From assembly GCF_001949145.1 (NCBI RefSeq), contig NW_019091401.1:1612001-1674000 (forward strand): DNA of 62,000 nucleotides, in the 5' to 3' direction. Under the pieces are notes generated by a model. That model searched no databases. It had not been told where the DNA came from and saw only the letters and a program-made list of their open reading frames with translations. This stretch comes from Acanthaster planci. Lineage: Eukaryota. Positions 1 through 14,029 of this stretch are shown here, piece by piece. A program made the translations under genes and the position numbers. Each line of letters opens with the position of its first letter. The first letter of the stretch is position 1.

Positions 1-278
1 CTTAAGGAGTTGGAATGATCGAACTGAAAAACAGAGACATTAAAAAACTGAAACCTTAAGGAGTGACACAATTTCACACAAATCTTCAAGTTCCTATTCC
101 ATTCCTGCTGTTGAGAAGAACACAGCCCATTTAGAAACCTCAGATTCATCCCTTGCGCTGACTCTAAGGAGCTAAAATCATTTTTCAAGCATTTACTACT
201 GGATAACACTGCACACAAAGGCTTCACATCAGGACAATTCCTCTTCCACATTCAGTGTGGGTCAGGTCTACCAGAGAA

Positions 279-3200
279 TACCTACCCAAACAGTCACTAC
301 ATATGCCAATTTCCCACGCGCCTATTATTATTTTCTGAAAAGACTTGATCTTCCAAGGTGCACTCTTACCTCCCACAATGCAATTGGTCTGTGGACAGTA
401 AGATTTTCCTACCATTTGTGGTGTCGCTGTGCAGGACATCCCTCAAGTAGCAGGAGGTAGAGGGAGACTTCCAAATTGCAGCTTTGCAGATGCTTGCAAT
501 GGAAACATCTCGAGAGTAAGACCAAGATGCAGATACTGCTCTTACATCATGAACCCTGATGTAATATTGACTATGTTCATCAGAGCTTGATGGCTAGACT
601 GGATTAGCAAATCTAATGGCCGAAGCTGTCATGCAGGCATTCCACCCCGAGCTGAAGTGCACCCCCAAAGAAAGACATGTGGTTACAATCGGGTTCTTGC
701 ACACATTCTGCATGTACGCAAAGAAAACACATGCCGGAATAAATGTGTACTCCGCATCAAACACCCATATGCTTGCGCGCCATGAGGCGCAGCATTGTGG
801 CGAGTACCAAAAAAAAACACACCCTCTTTTGTTCCGCTCGGAGCGGACAGTGACTGACATCGCTGGATGGTGTGATCTCATGATAGTGATAAGTGACGGG
901 GGTTATCGTCCCTCTCATACTATCCTTTTTGTCAGGTACCACTGTAGGACAAGAACATGGCACTAAAGTTTATCAGCATCGTCTCCAGGGTGCAAGGATC
1001 GTGAAAAATAAAAGGCCGTCATTGAGGAGATCAGGCTGCATGACAGTTGCGATATGAATAACTGAAAGAGGAGCATCCACAGGAGGTCACTCTAAGAAGA
1101 AGAGAACTCATCATAGTACATGTTAAACCTGAAATCCTGCTAAGGCTTAACAACCGAAAGCATTTATTGCAGAAACAGACAGAGTCTGATGAAGTACCCC
1201 TCTTCAGAGGGCATATGTGTGACAGCCGCTTGGAAGAGATGCTCCGGGTCACCATCCCAACAAAAAAGTGGGCTCACAGCAAGCCTACTTTTGACGGACC
1301 TTGTAACAATCACCGCAAAGAAACTTTGGACATGCCCACTTTGAAGTAAACACACACCAGGACGGTGTGCAGGCAAGGCAGGGCCGCATGGTAGAATCTG
1401 TGGCCAGGTGGAGCTGTGTAAGTGGGGGCCACAGAATGGTCATTCTGTAGATCACAGGGTTGTACGTGGTGAGCCACAGTGGGGATAGATTCACTAAGTT
1501 TCTTCAGGAGGGCCCTTGAGGAAACTCCCGATTTTTGGGTGACAAGGGACGTGTACAAATCCCAACGGCTTGAAGATTGTTAGGTTCAGATGCCTGGGGA
1601 TGCGGACTGGAGAAACGCAGCGGCGGGTTTGCGTCATGATGGCAAATTCACTGGGGCAGAGCTAAAAATGATGGGAAGACTGCCAATAAAATGCTATTTG
1701 CTTGTTCCTGAATGGGGTGCCCAGTGATGTACGTGTAGTCTCACATGCCAGTAGGTTTAGGCCTGAAGCGATCATAAGGATCACCAGGTGAGGTGTGGAC
1801 TTGCTTCCCCGTGGCCTGGGTGGGCCTACCAATGGCAGCAAAAAGAAGGCTGTGACAGAGACCCAGAATTGGGTCCTCATACTGATGGTGTATTCACCAG
1901 GACAGAGATCTGGGAAGTTGGCCCGGAATGTGCTACTATCTGAATTACATCTGGATGCCCACACCATAGATATGTTGGACCCAGGGGGCATATGTGTGTA
2001 ACAGCTGCATGGAAAGTGTGGCCATGGCTCATGATCATCTGAGGAGGGAGCCTGATAGACTGCCGTAATACATGTACAGTCAAAGACAGATGAGAAGAGC
2101 ATTGATAATATAAGGTCATATGCATAACAGGGACAATTTTTGGTCACGTCTCCGTTTTACTTCATTTTCCACAACTGATAACACAAGGCAATTATTATAA
2201 TAAAGTAATTTGTGAAGTTCCAAGTACCTTGTTGTTACAGTGTTCTAGACCTGTCAGAAGGTATAAAAAAGTAGGGGGGGCACCAGTGTTTTCCATTTGG
2301 AAAATTTTGGATTGTAGATGCTCTCTGGTACAATCTTTGGGACTTACCAGGCCACTTGCTTCTGTAATTTGGCCCGAAATCTGCTTGCACATTTACAAAG
2401 TTCAATAATGACAAGAATTTGCAATGAAACTGTAGAGCCAATATACACATACGTACTGTACAATAAAACTCGTTTCATTTGTGTTGCATATATACATTAG
2501 CACAACTCTACCGATTCTGCTAATGTGTCCTGCCTGGTGGCTTTCAATTGAAGCTTCTGCAAAATAAGTTAATATGATGTATTGGGATACACCTTCAGTA
2601 AGTTTATGATGAAAATTGTATTGTGCGTATTTTATTCAAAATGGCCATGGACATCGTCAGCATACATTACAGGCTGGGTTTGAAAAGATGCCTTCTTTTG
2701 TAAAAAAGATGAATGCCATAATCTTTGTCATGGGATTGTCAGATAGTAAATTCTAAGTAGTCAACTGGTGTAAGTAAAATTGTCCGGCTGTTTTTATTTC
2801 GAAAGAAATTGGGTTCAAAGTTCCCGACAATCTGTACTAAGCTTCCATACAAGGGCTGTGCTGGTAACAGTTAAAGACAGATTTCAAAGAGAGCCATGAT
2901 GTACGGTCCTACATGTATGTGTGTGGCTAAGTCGTGCCCACTGCCCATGTCAGGTGAATGACGAATTGTTGTTGTAACAATTCTTTAAGTTGTTCTTCAA
3001 GTTATTACAAGCTGGAATAAATATTTATTGAATGTAAGAACAGCCATAACGTTAGACTTGTTCGTAACCAGATTGAGGACCCGGAGGGCCGAGAGTTTAT
3101 GATCACCCCAACTAAACCCCTTTCAATATTGCCCGCCATCTTGTTTTGCACCATGAGTTCTAATCATGCATACCTTCAATGTGGTCCAACAAGTGTCACT

Positions 3201-4969
3201 TATGTAGACCAACGTGCCGCGGACATGGTGAAATTGGCCCCTTCGGAAGTTAAGGCGGGACAAAAACACACTCGCTAGCACGTGCCACGGCCGTCAACCA
3301 GGCTACCAGTCAGGGGTTGCCACATTCGAGTGAGCTACTCGTGTTATCCCTGGGCAAAAGTGGGTAGGACAAGTATACTGACTCCAGATAATGTGCACAC
3401 ATCCTATCAAGCTTCCAGGAGTAACCGCTCAAAGGCACGATGGGTTTACAACATTTACAAGAACATGACGTAATTTGACGTGATGTTCAAGACAAGAAAA
3501 GATGGTGGATGATCAAGACAAAACAGGTAAAGTCAGCATGAAGTGTGCCTTTCCACACGGTTTGAAAACTAGATTTTTCCGAACAAACTTAGAAAAGATG
3601 TAGTGTAAATATCATGCTTTTATTTCTTTCATGCCCCCCCCCCCGGTTCTGGCGGCCATACTGTTGTTGTCTTGGAGACGTTCTTCCGGAAGGCCCTAGA
3701 TGAAGGGAAGGTGACAAGGAGATGCATAGCATACAGCATTGTATACACTAGGGTCACTCTGGATAACAAAAGGGGGAGCAGTCCAGTTAGGCAAAGAGCC
3801 TATTTCACACCTGGGAGCCCCATAGCAAGAATATCTGAAGGCGGAGGCTCAAGACATGGGGCGGTTGGTTGACTGGCACAGGTGTGATCAGTGTCTTGCT
3901 GCTGAAAGGAGGCTGATGGAGGACTGAGAACCTGGAACATGTCATAGGAGGTGAGGATGCCAGTGGAATCAGTATCATCTTCTGCCAAAGACACAGTCAG
4001 CTGCTTGGACTGAAGCAAGGCCATGCAATAGCCAGAGCCGAGTGTGCCCTGTAGATTGATGGATGGTCAAGCGGAGGACCATCAGGCCAGAGCGGACTCC
4101 GACACATGCCAAGTTCTGGCTGGAGACTAGAACATCTCTCTCTTTTTGGTTGGTGTCAGGTAGAGCTCTTCGGAGTCGCGCGGGGGGGAACACTGGCTGA
4201 AATGCCACGTACATGTAGATTCCTTTGGGCCATGGCAGTCAGAAGGCATGGTGAACTTGACGGCTGGACTGGCCCGGGAAACATCCAATGGGGCACTCAC
4301 TCAGGAGTCCCGGCTGGCACAGCAGGCCAGCACTAGACCCAGGAAACAGGGGGCTGTACCAGATCCTGGAGGTGCCCCTGCTCAAGCGGTCTTCCTCAGT
4401 TAACCATGGAGCTTCCCCTTCAGCTCCGTGGGGCCAAACAAACCAGGGGACTTTGCCAGATCCTGCCGGGATCCCCTGGCTGATGGTGAGGCCTTTTTCC
4501 TCATCCGGTGGTACCTGGAAAAACAGGGGAGTATGATGGGTACCAACAGCAATCCCCTGAATTCAACCAGCTGAGGCCTGATATTTATCAGTAAGATAGT
4601 CACGGGTGTAGTCAGGGTGAACCACATAGTGCCGATAGTAAATACCTCAAGGTGCACACACAAGAAAAAGTGAAGAAAAGAACACAAAATATACATGAGA
4701 ATAACACTCTTACCAACAAATAGAAGAAAATAAAGGTAATCCTTTATTTGGAAAGGAAGGATGGATGATCCAATTGACACCGTGTACCAAAAATAGAAAC
4801 CCAATAAATCAAAGATGCTTCGAAAGACACGTCCGTTATGAAAAGGACGAACATGGCAGTGGGGCACTGTTGCATTGTGGGAGGTCAGGGTGCACCTGAT
4901 AAAGTCTTTCCAGCTAATAATAATTGGTGCACAGGAAATTTGCTCATGTAGTGACTGTTTGGGTAGGTA
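279..4969 (-). mobile_element. Decayed DIRS-type tyrosine-recombinase retrotransposon with inverted terminal repeats (internally deleted or interrupted)
   Basis: ~100 bp inverted repeats at 279-383 and 4870-4969 (TACCTACCCAAACAGTCACTACAT...CTCCCACAATGCAA). Minus-strand YR remnant next to the left repeat. AT-rich unrelated-looking DNA at ~2130-3640. Confidence 0.7.
422..1330 (-). pseudogene. Tyrosine recombinase remnant of DIRS element
   Basis: Manual translation of the - strand 570->422: YIRVHDVRAVSASWSYSRDVSIASICKAAIWKSPSTSCYLRDV, matching the DIRS YR C-terminal HxxR...W...Y pattern. Upstream part broken by stops and frameshifts; 5' limit approximate. Confidence 0.75.
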
Positions 4970-5358
4970 GAGCACCATAGACTTGATGGTTTTGTGACAG
5001 AAAATGAATTTGTATTTATTATAAGATGCACAAAACTAAATCCCGATGCCTGCAAGTGATGCTGTGGTTCAGATAACCTCTTAGTGTGTTCTTAATTGAA
5101 ACTTACTACTTTCTTGTGAAGATAGTAAGTGCACACCAACATTTTCATAATGGAACACCTTCCACTGTTTAAAACACCTGACATGCCTGATCAATCCAAA
5201 CTCATCCCCAATTCTTTACAGTCCACCCAACAGTTTCAAAGAACCTCTTGTTAAAATTTGTGACAGCTTAAGTCTGCATACTATAGTAACAAACGTATCC
5301 CATTCCATAAATCTGTCCATATTCCACTAAACATGGGAAAAGCATAACATTGTCTCAC

Positions 5359-5399
5359 CTAATGACTGGACTGGACCCAGTTTGGCCTCAGCATCAGGG
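5359..5399 (-). CDS. MFSD11: MFSD11 coding exon 5 (SPDAEAKLGPVQSL)
   Basis: Acceptor ttttccag and donor gtgaga; 41 nt, phase 2->1, compatible with the previous exon. Falls in the variable loop, so homology support is weak. Confidence 0.6.
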
Positions 5400-8300
5400 C
5401 TGGAAAAGGAATAAAGCTACTGAAAGTTAGTGAGTGTCACCAAACAGGATGGCTGAGGGAGGACACTGTACACGATCAGAGTTGTATATAGAATGAGTAG
5501 TGCCAACTTCAGACTTTGGAACCAAAACGACTGTTTATTATACATGTATGTGTCGTAAGCATGAAGCTTGCCCATGTGCACTGACACACAATCCACCATT
5601 GTTTCCAGCAATTGAAGCTCTCATGTCGCAGCTCTCCCTATGAATAGCTCTGTTCAGGGTAGTGTCAGAGTGCCCTCATTTGACAGTTTGTTGGCAACAT
5701 GTTCCAAGTAAATTTGACTGCCAGTTGAATTTACTTAAAAATATTCCATAAAATGTCCAAAATGTTGAGTTCCTTGCATCGAGTGCTGACATGCGTTATG
5801 TTGTTGCCCATCTCTGATCATTGGAAAAAAGCTCAGATTTTTTTAGTACATTTAAGCACATGTAAATGTACATCTGAATTTGAATCTCTGTTTTTGCACT
5901 ACATTTTGATGTGTCATCAAAGATAATACACCTTATAAAGTGGAGTGCAAAATGAGAAATGCAACATCAAACCAGAACATTTTATTTGACTGTGTAAGTA
6001 CAAGTGTATCCTGTAGATGGTTTTTGCTTGTGCTGTACATACTGGTGCTTCAAGAACATGAACAATTAATTATTTACTTGTGTAATGTGAGTTTTAACAA
6101 CCATGGCACTCATCGCACCCAAAACCCAGGGGTGAGATTTGAGGAAACTGAAAAATCAGGAAAAAGCCTCTTTCAGTATGTCACTCAATCTTCCATTTCA
6201 ACAGTTTATCTGTGCACCACGCGTACCTACAGTATCCTTGCTTGTTGATTTTTTTTAAATAATAATATTTGTCTTCCCCTTCGCAGCCTCATTTTCCACC
6301 TGACTTTCAAGCCAAGAAAATTTCCATGGATTTCTGATGCCTTTGTCAAGTGAAAGATCTGCACAATGATGGTTTTCTGTACATGCAGACTGCAGTGCAT
6401 GGCACATGTACAGTTAGAAGCCATACCAAGTCCTTCCGGTTCAATGCCATATACTGTACATGTACATGTATGTACCTCCACTGTTCAGCGGTATACTATG
6501 GCATTCCAGAGCAAGTAACAATAACAGGGCATGCACTGTTAAAAAAAGCAACTTGCACATGCCTTGCATTTACTTTTGTGCAAAATTTGGAAAATACTAC
6601 TTCTAGTTTTGGCAAAGCCAAACCAAATAGATAAATCCCTAAGTCCTGAATACATTTGTCCAAACATCTGGAAATCCAGACAAATTGGATACATCACACC
6701 CCTGAAAACCGAACTGAACATGCAATGTATCCCCAAGGTCTCATATCCCATATAACAGAAGTTAGTAATACTATTGTAATACATCATCTTGATTTCTTTG
6801 CAACATATTGAAGGTCTCAAATTTGCTTGAATGACAAGTACCACAGTCCATTACTACACAGAAAGTCGTACATGTGCAGACTTAGTGCATTGCTACATCC
6901 GTTTAATTGTGCATGTCACACGTCTTCTTAGACAGTAATATCTACCATTTTAAAAACTGTTTATGGAGGAGAATCTGCATGCATCTTCAAGCTCAGCAGA
7001 TAGAATATTAAGGAATTTATCCAAAGAAACAAACTTCAACCCTTAACAAACAACTGCAGCGGTCACACAACTGATCATATTGGATACCAGGTTGCTTTTC
7101 CCATTGAGTTCACTGTTATCGACTGTATACTGTAGGTGAAGGTAGCAGAAGTACATGTACATGTATCAATGATATAGCCTGGTTAGCAGTCACTGTATTA
7201 CAATTTGTACCACATTTACACTGAATCCTGAAATGGGGGATCACATTTTTCATCAGCAATCAGGCATTTACAATGTATTTCAATTCTACTTTGCTTCAAT
7301 CCACTTTTTACAATGAAAGAAGGTACACTATCACCATACTTGCATATTTCACATGCTACACAACCGTTTACAATTCATTCTGATACATGTACACTTAGCC
7401 TAGGTTGGACGTTGTCTTCATTTCATTACGACTGACATCCAGGGTACATGTACAAAAGTTGTGTACAAAACAACCGCAAATTTGGTTCGAATTTGGTTTT
7501 GGTTTACCTTGTTGCAGAAACTAATTTTTCACATTTACAAATTCTTTGTGGCCTTATCTATCCGTCTGGGAGGTTTTGGAATTTCAGAACGAACCATGGA
7601 CTGCAAAAGCGAGGAAAATAAGTGACAGACAACATTACTTTTGTAGATGTAATTCATCTGTTCTCGAGTTGTAAAATGCCCACACGTGGAATCCGAGCCC
7701 GTGCATGCACTACACGTGCGCATTTCCATTAATGATCTCTTGCACGTCTGCTACACAGAGGCTGTGACTGGTACCCAGCTTTCACCCGCATGCTGTCAAG
7801 CATACAAAATATATATACAAAAACTGCAGTTCCATTTATGTCAGATCAGAGGCTTCAAATTGACCCATTAACCCCCTACTGGTTACCCCTAAAATGTTCA
7901 TATTTTGTTCTGCTGTATATTTCGGTTATAAACATAAATTTGCGACACAACCTGCTATTTTATAAGAATAACCTTGATTAACGTAGAAGGCTTTGTATAT
8001 GCAGGGTTCTTGTGTGGGAATGAGTTCATCAACGATCTCTCTTTGAAGTGCTTAACATGTTTAATTTGTTCATAGAGTTTTATTGGTTAAAGATGTATAT
8101 ATACACAACATCGTAGAGATCTGATTTTTATTAAAAAGAAACAGTAACTTATCTTGAAAATTGAGGAATAAAAAAAGAGGATTACATTGCAGGCATGATG
8201 ATTGTGATGAACAAGTGATAGCAATGCTAGTCTGATCAAGAACACATTATGCAGAAGTAGTACACTAGCGTGCGCATGTGCGGTAAGTTGATCGGCCTTT

Positions 8301-10141
8301 CCTTTTTCTTATTCGTAAACTAAACATACAATAAGCAGACTGAATTGGTAATTGGAAGTGACAAGTTGGAATTTAGAGCAACAGACAGATAGCTAGACTG
8401 TGTGGAAGGTTTTAAAAATCAATCTCCATCAGTATTCAGTATAACTTTTAAAATGGGACAAATCAACAGATATGAGTAATTTGCTAGCAACAGAAATGTG
8501 CCAAAGCCTTGCTGGATAATACCCTCTCCCCTCGACCGTACGGAACTGCTGGGAGTCCCTTAATTAATCGAATTTTGTGAACACCTTTTGTCTGTATTTT
8601 AAGTCCACCTGTTAACACAAAATACATGCTCAAAAATGGCCAGGATTTGTACAAATCATGAATTTTAACTTTCCTGTACTGGCCATAGACTTAGGAGACT
8701 CAGCTTGCGTGCAGGTAACTAGGCCAACTATCATCAACACACGCCACTGCCTCTCCCCTGGCCCAATGTTGCGTGTTGCAATGGTAATTGTGGTTGAGAA
8801 CCCTGTTGTGTGTTATGTGCTTTATGTAAGCCTGGAAACCAGTGGATTTGGTTAGACTTCAGTTTCACTGGTTCCAGTCAGAACATGTAGTTTCGATGTG
8901 TGTGTATGCAGCTTGGAATTTCATACGCCGAATAGTTGTGCATGCACACTGTACAAACTGCACTGGAGAACGGCTGAAAACAGTCCACGGCAATTGCAAG
9001 AATTAAAGTTACATCCGATTTTATTTTTCCCGTTTTTGTCTTTGATAGTGATGTGTCAAATTTCTTAACCCACCAGACGTGGAGATAAGGACGCATAGGA
9101 GATACAGATGAGAAATTGGCTCCTTGGAAAAGGTAGAAGTGTTACTAATTTTACTCTAAAATTTTTCGCCCGATTTTGCACCCTTGTATCCTGGACTCCC
9201 TCCGTAATGTAGTACAGTCAGGGAGTCCACCTGGGCTACATGTACACTGCACCTTCATAATGGACAATAAAAATAGATGACTGTCATCTGCTTATTTACA
9301 AGTATTTCGTCTTCATGTGTATATAGTGTTGTTCCACACTCAACTGCAGAATTTGCTCTCACCACTATTGTCGAACACTAACTGGGACAAAGTTTTTGGA
9401 GTATAGTTTGCACTATTGAGACATGCACAAACTCAGAACAAAACTACAAATTGAGTCAAAAGAAACACAGACCCAACTAACTGACCAAAAATTAACAAAT
9501 TTAAACAACCAAAATGTTGGAGATACATGTTCATGTATAATAGTTTGTATTATTTTGGGTTTCAAAATTGTTGAGATGGAGTGGCTATGACACGGAGGAA
9601 GAACTATTGACACAGATTGATGTTGCAAACTAAATACATGTACCAATCACAGATTTATATTATTTAGTGAGCTGATGGGACCAGCACAGTTTATGCATAC
9701 TTCAATGAACAGACTTCAGACTTTGCCAGGCCACTGGATCAAGCAAACCGGATATGGTTATGTCAATTCGCTAAGTCTGATCCAGCAATTGTCTTTACAT
9801 TCCCACCAACAGGGGGGCTCGAGAGAGGCGATCAGATCTGGATCAGACTCCAATCCACTCACGTTTACACTAGCTGTCCAGAATACACACAGAGTTTGAC
9901 AATAGAGCAGGGAATAGTCTATGATGTGATATTACTAAAACCGTGAGGACGATATGCATTTTTATCACTTGGTTACATATTGTAAGAATTGACATAACCT
10001 GTGTCTTGCAACAACAGTAAAGGCATCTGCATCCTAGATGGCTGGACGTAGTTAAGGAGTTACCACACCTTAATGATTAAATCTTGCTCGAGGGTCTATG
10101 GCAAACAATACATGTATACATGCTAATGTTGATACACAAAC

Positions 10142-10265
10142 CTCAGCTCTGTAGACTGGATGGATGTTTCATCCCGTGGAGGTGGCTGACGGAGCAGCAA
10201 AAACATCAGTACTCCGATACCCGACACAGTAGTCAACACAATAAAGATAGTTGTCCTAGTTGATT
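10142..10265 (-). CDS. MFSD11: MFSD11 coding exon 4 (ESTRTTIFIVLTTVSGIGVLMFLLLRQPPPRDETSIQSTEL)
   Basis: Acceptor ttccccag, donor gtttgt; phase 1->2. Matches MFSD11 TM6 (human DRRTVFIALTVISLVGTVLFFLIRKP). Confidence 0.88.
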
Positions 10266-11104
10266 CTGGGGAATATAAGAGTAAGGAATTCTTTTGCACG
10301 GTTCACTGAAAGCACATACCTACTGATACGTAGAGTACAGTTTGTATACAAATTAATCCACTGTCTCTTTGAAACAGTAATACTTTCACTGGTTGAAGGG
10401 TGAAAAGGATTAATAGTCTTTTTTGTTTACATAGGGATTGAAGCTTCTTACAATTTGACGGATGAGTATGTCCCTAGCAAAGCATGGCAAGTCCATTAAC
10501 CCTCACCCTCCTCAATCCTCCAACAGGTGAAGGATTCAGGAGGGTTAGGGTTAAGGATGTGTTGCATTTTCCTCATTATACTCTTCACAGTTCTCATGAT
10601 GACACCCTTTTGGACTACCCTTATCATACCAAGGTTACTTCAGTGGATCAGTCTTTTGTTACTGATCTTCCTGAACTCTAGAATGCCCTTCCAAAGGCCA
10701 CTTTTGAGGCATTGTTGAAAATACAACTGTTTCAATTCAACTTCTCCTAATCCTTCAATGTAACAGTGGGTGGGGATGGGTTTTAGGTGTCATTATTTCC
10801 ATGATGTTTTTCCTAAAATTGAAGTTGGTGTTCTGGTATTTCTTTTTGATTTGTTTTTTTTATAATGTCTCCATTTAAAAATCACAACTATTGATTCTAC
10901 AATTAGTGATTGTGGCAATTTTCTTTGCTTTTGATGGTTTTCTTTACATGTTACATAAATAATTGGGTTTGTGCATTTTCATATAAGTTTGGATTGTTTT
11001 ATTTATTATTTTTAGTGTTCTCAAAGAAAAGTGCATAATTTGAATATTTCTTTTTAGAATTTACATAAATTAATAAGTTGTTGCTGCAGCTGTTGTTGTT
11101 GTTT

Positions 11105-11240
11105 GAAGCTTTGTGGTCAGAGTTCATAACTCCTGGGTCTGGGGTTAAAATCCACCAGCTGGTTACATGTTGTGACCTTGGGAAAGTCACTTTACCCCTT
11201 CTTTCCTCTTTCCACCCAAGAGTATGAATGGGTACATGTG
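11105..11240 (+). mobile_element. SINE fragment with conserved core-type domain
   Basis: GTGACCTTGGGAAAGTCACTTTACC...TCCACCCAAGAGTATGAATGGGTAC resembles the conserved central domain of invertebrate CORE/Nin-type SINEs; limits approximate. Confidence 0.5.
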
Positions 11241-11399
11241 GGGACAGAGGTAGTGACTGTGTTCATTAGCCATGTGCTCCATGGCAGCATCAAAATGTAT
11301 ACTCTCCAAGGTTCTGAGATCGTTTACAATGATAATGATAAAGTATATACTTTACACTACGTGCAAGATTCTTGTGTAATGCCATGACTCAATATCACC

Positions 11400-13162
11400 A
11401 CTTTTATGCAGGATCTTCAGCAGGTGTGGCTGCTTTCCCTTGGCTGGAAAACTGTAAATATTACTCCTGTCTTTAAATCAGGTGATCACAGTTGTTTGAA
11501 TAATTACCAGCATGTTGCTCTAACTTCCACTTTATGTAAAGTAATGGAAAAGATCATTTTGGATGTTATTCTAAGGCATTTGGATGCTGTTTGATTTCTG
11601 GTAATCAACATGGTTTCTTACTTCTTAGATCTTGTGTTACTCAAGAACTAAATGTCTACCATACATGGGCTACACAGCTTGATCAGCATAACCCACCTAG
11701 AATTGATGCAGTTTTTCAAGACACGACCAAAGACTTTGACCACATGCCCCATGACACACTTCTCCAGACTACAGAGAGTGACTTTTGTAGGACGAACCTT
11801 GGAGTGGTCTTTGGTGAAGTCTGGTGTTCCACAGAGAAGTGTATTGGGGCCCCTACTTTTTAACCTTCTTGTTAATGACATTTCCGACAACATTAGTTCC
11901 CCTTGTGTATTTTTTTGCAGATGACAACCATTCCATTACTACAAATTTGGATGTCTCTGAACTGAGTGCTTGGAGTGCCTCTAATTGTATGACCTTTAAC
12001 ACATCTAAAACTAAAATTATACACATTTCCCGCAAACAGACTCATTTCTTACAGCTTACATTCTTTAAGGCACTTCTCTCACAGCATCAAACAAGGTCAA
12101 ACATCTTGGCGTCACTCTAAGCGCTCAGCTCTCATGGAGAGCTGTTAGTTCATCAGCCAATTGCATGCCGGGTTTCATCAAAACTGTGGCTTTTAATGCC
12201 TCTGCATGTGCTAAAATATCCCTCTATAAGGCCCTTGTTCTTCCCATCTTAGAGTATGGACTTCCTGCTTTGGCTGCCTCAAAGAAGCATGATATTCTAG
12301 AAAACATTCAGCAACATGCTACTTGATTCATTTTAGGTCAGAAACGCGGAGTAATGCCTTACACGGATAGACTGCAGATTCTTAACTGGTTGACCCTATC
12401 AAATCGCTGCAACTTTGCAGTGTTGTACCTTGTCTGAAAACATTTTCTTAGTCTTGTTAAATGTGAAATGTGTCTTAGTAAGGTTAATGTGAATTCCAAA
12501 CATACCAATATTGTTAGTTTTAATCATCTCCAGGCTAGAACACAATCTGTTCATTCATCCTGTTTTCATCAGTTTCCCCGGTTGTGGTCTCATGTCCCTG
12601 AACATGTTTGTAACACTCTAATTTTGCAACCCTTTTCACGGTTCCTGGCATTATGGAAAAACACTGTCCTTCAACCTGATTCTTAGGCTTTATTGCATTC
12701 ATCGCTCTTCCATGCATGTCCTTGCCATAGTGATTCACCCTTTGTTGTTTCCGCCTTATGTTTGGTAACTCTGGTTATGTCAGTGCAATCATTCATTCTT
12801 TATTTTTAATTGTACAAATACGCCATCTCATGTATTTATTTATTGTTTTTTATGTCCTGGATGGACCTTTAATTCTATTTTAATATGTAATTAATGGAGT
12901 ATTATAATTTTATTCTTGGATGTATTTATCGTTGTTTAATTTTTACAAAGTGTCAAAGTGTATTTAATACATGTATGTGTACTTTTCATATTTATATGTT
13001 CACATGTTCAGTGTTTTTATATATGTATTTACTTATTTTGACTTGATGTGGGAAACAGGCCTGTGACCACAGTAATTTTTAATTGTTTTTGTCTCTCTTA
13101 TGCCCATCTTGTTTGTAATGTTATTATTAGCATGAATAAATAATAATAGTAATAATAATAAC
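11400..13162 (+). mobile_element. 5'-truncated, decayed CR1/L2-clade LINE (RT remnant plus 3' tail)
   Basis: WKTVNITPVFKSGD..NY..VALTSTLCKVMEK, NQHGF, SGVPQRSVLGPLLF, FFADD spread over shifted frames; ends in AATAAA(TAA)n at 13135-13162. Confidence 0.85.
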
Positions 13163-13441
13163 ATTGTTGTTCTTGTCATGAGTCAAATCACGAGTCGGAC
13201 AAAACAACTGCATCTTCTGATACAACCATAGTCAACGTCAGCCTTAAAGGCAACAGACCTTTATAATGATGCTGCCATGTTTGTCCTGTTCCAAGTAGAC
13301 CCCACTGGCAATAGCAATACAACTTCACATATTGATATATGGAAACAGACTATTTTCCTTCCAACCTCAGATTAGTTACATTGCTTTGAACAGTAGAAAG
13401 CAACATTTCGAATGTTAAAGACAGTGCTGAAAACACTTTAC

Positions 13442-13603
13442 CTATTATGTACATGGCATTGGTTTTGCCAATTTCAAAGAAGATGAAGATGTTGCCAAAG
13501 AGAAGACTGCACTGCAGCATGGCCCAGAATATGCCACTGTTGCGCCCCACCGTCTCGCTGGTAGAGTTAATGGTAAGAAAGTTTCCTTGAGCTGTCCATA
13601 TAC
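13442..13603 (-). CDS. MFSD11: MFSD11 coding exon 3 (CIWTAQGNFLTINSTSETVGRNSGIFWAMLQCSLLFGNIFIFFEIGKTNAMYII)
   Basis: Acceptor cctgcag, donor gtaaag; 162 nt, phase 1->1. Hallmark UNC93/MFSD11 WTAQGN and GRNSGIFWA motifs. Confidence 0.95.
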
Positions 13604-14029
13604 CTGCAGGATTCCCAATAATCCAACATAAAATCTCTTATTCTTTGACCAAAAAGGGAAAGGGTGTGGGGAAGGACTCTGGTTGAGTCCTTAATGAAAC
13701 ATCCAAACTGAACCACATCACTAGTTATCCAAATGAACTATGACAAAAGCATTGTCACTGTTCATTCTGCAACTTGTGATGACTTTTTGAAAGAACTAGA
13801 TTACAGTTCTAATGTAGAGAAGGGATAACAACTGATATTCCCTCCCCACAGTAGTGTCAGGGAGTTTGCTAGGGAACACCTACCTAATCTGTCACAACAT
13901 TTGTAACCTTAATTTTACACCTTATGCCATTCACTAAAACTTAATTGTTCAACTGTAGTACGCCCTCTAGTGCTAACATGTGGGCAGCACTGCCACCATG
14001 TTTGTCCTTTTTTTGGAGCACAAGGTCTG

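Noticed and set aside
2512..2556. Exon-like - strand segment (EASIESHQAGHISRI) as the next MFSD11 exon
   Set aside because: Phase fits, but it has no similarity to the expected SFKL..TKEMLLL region and lies inside a transposon interval.
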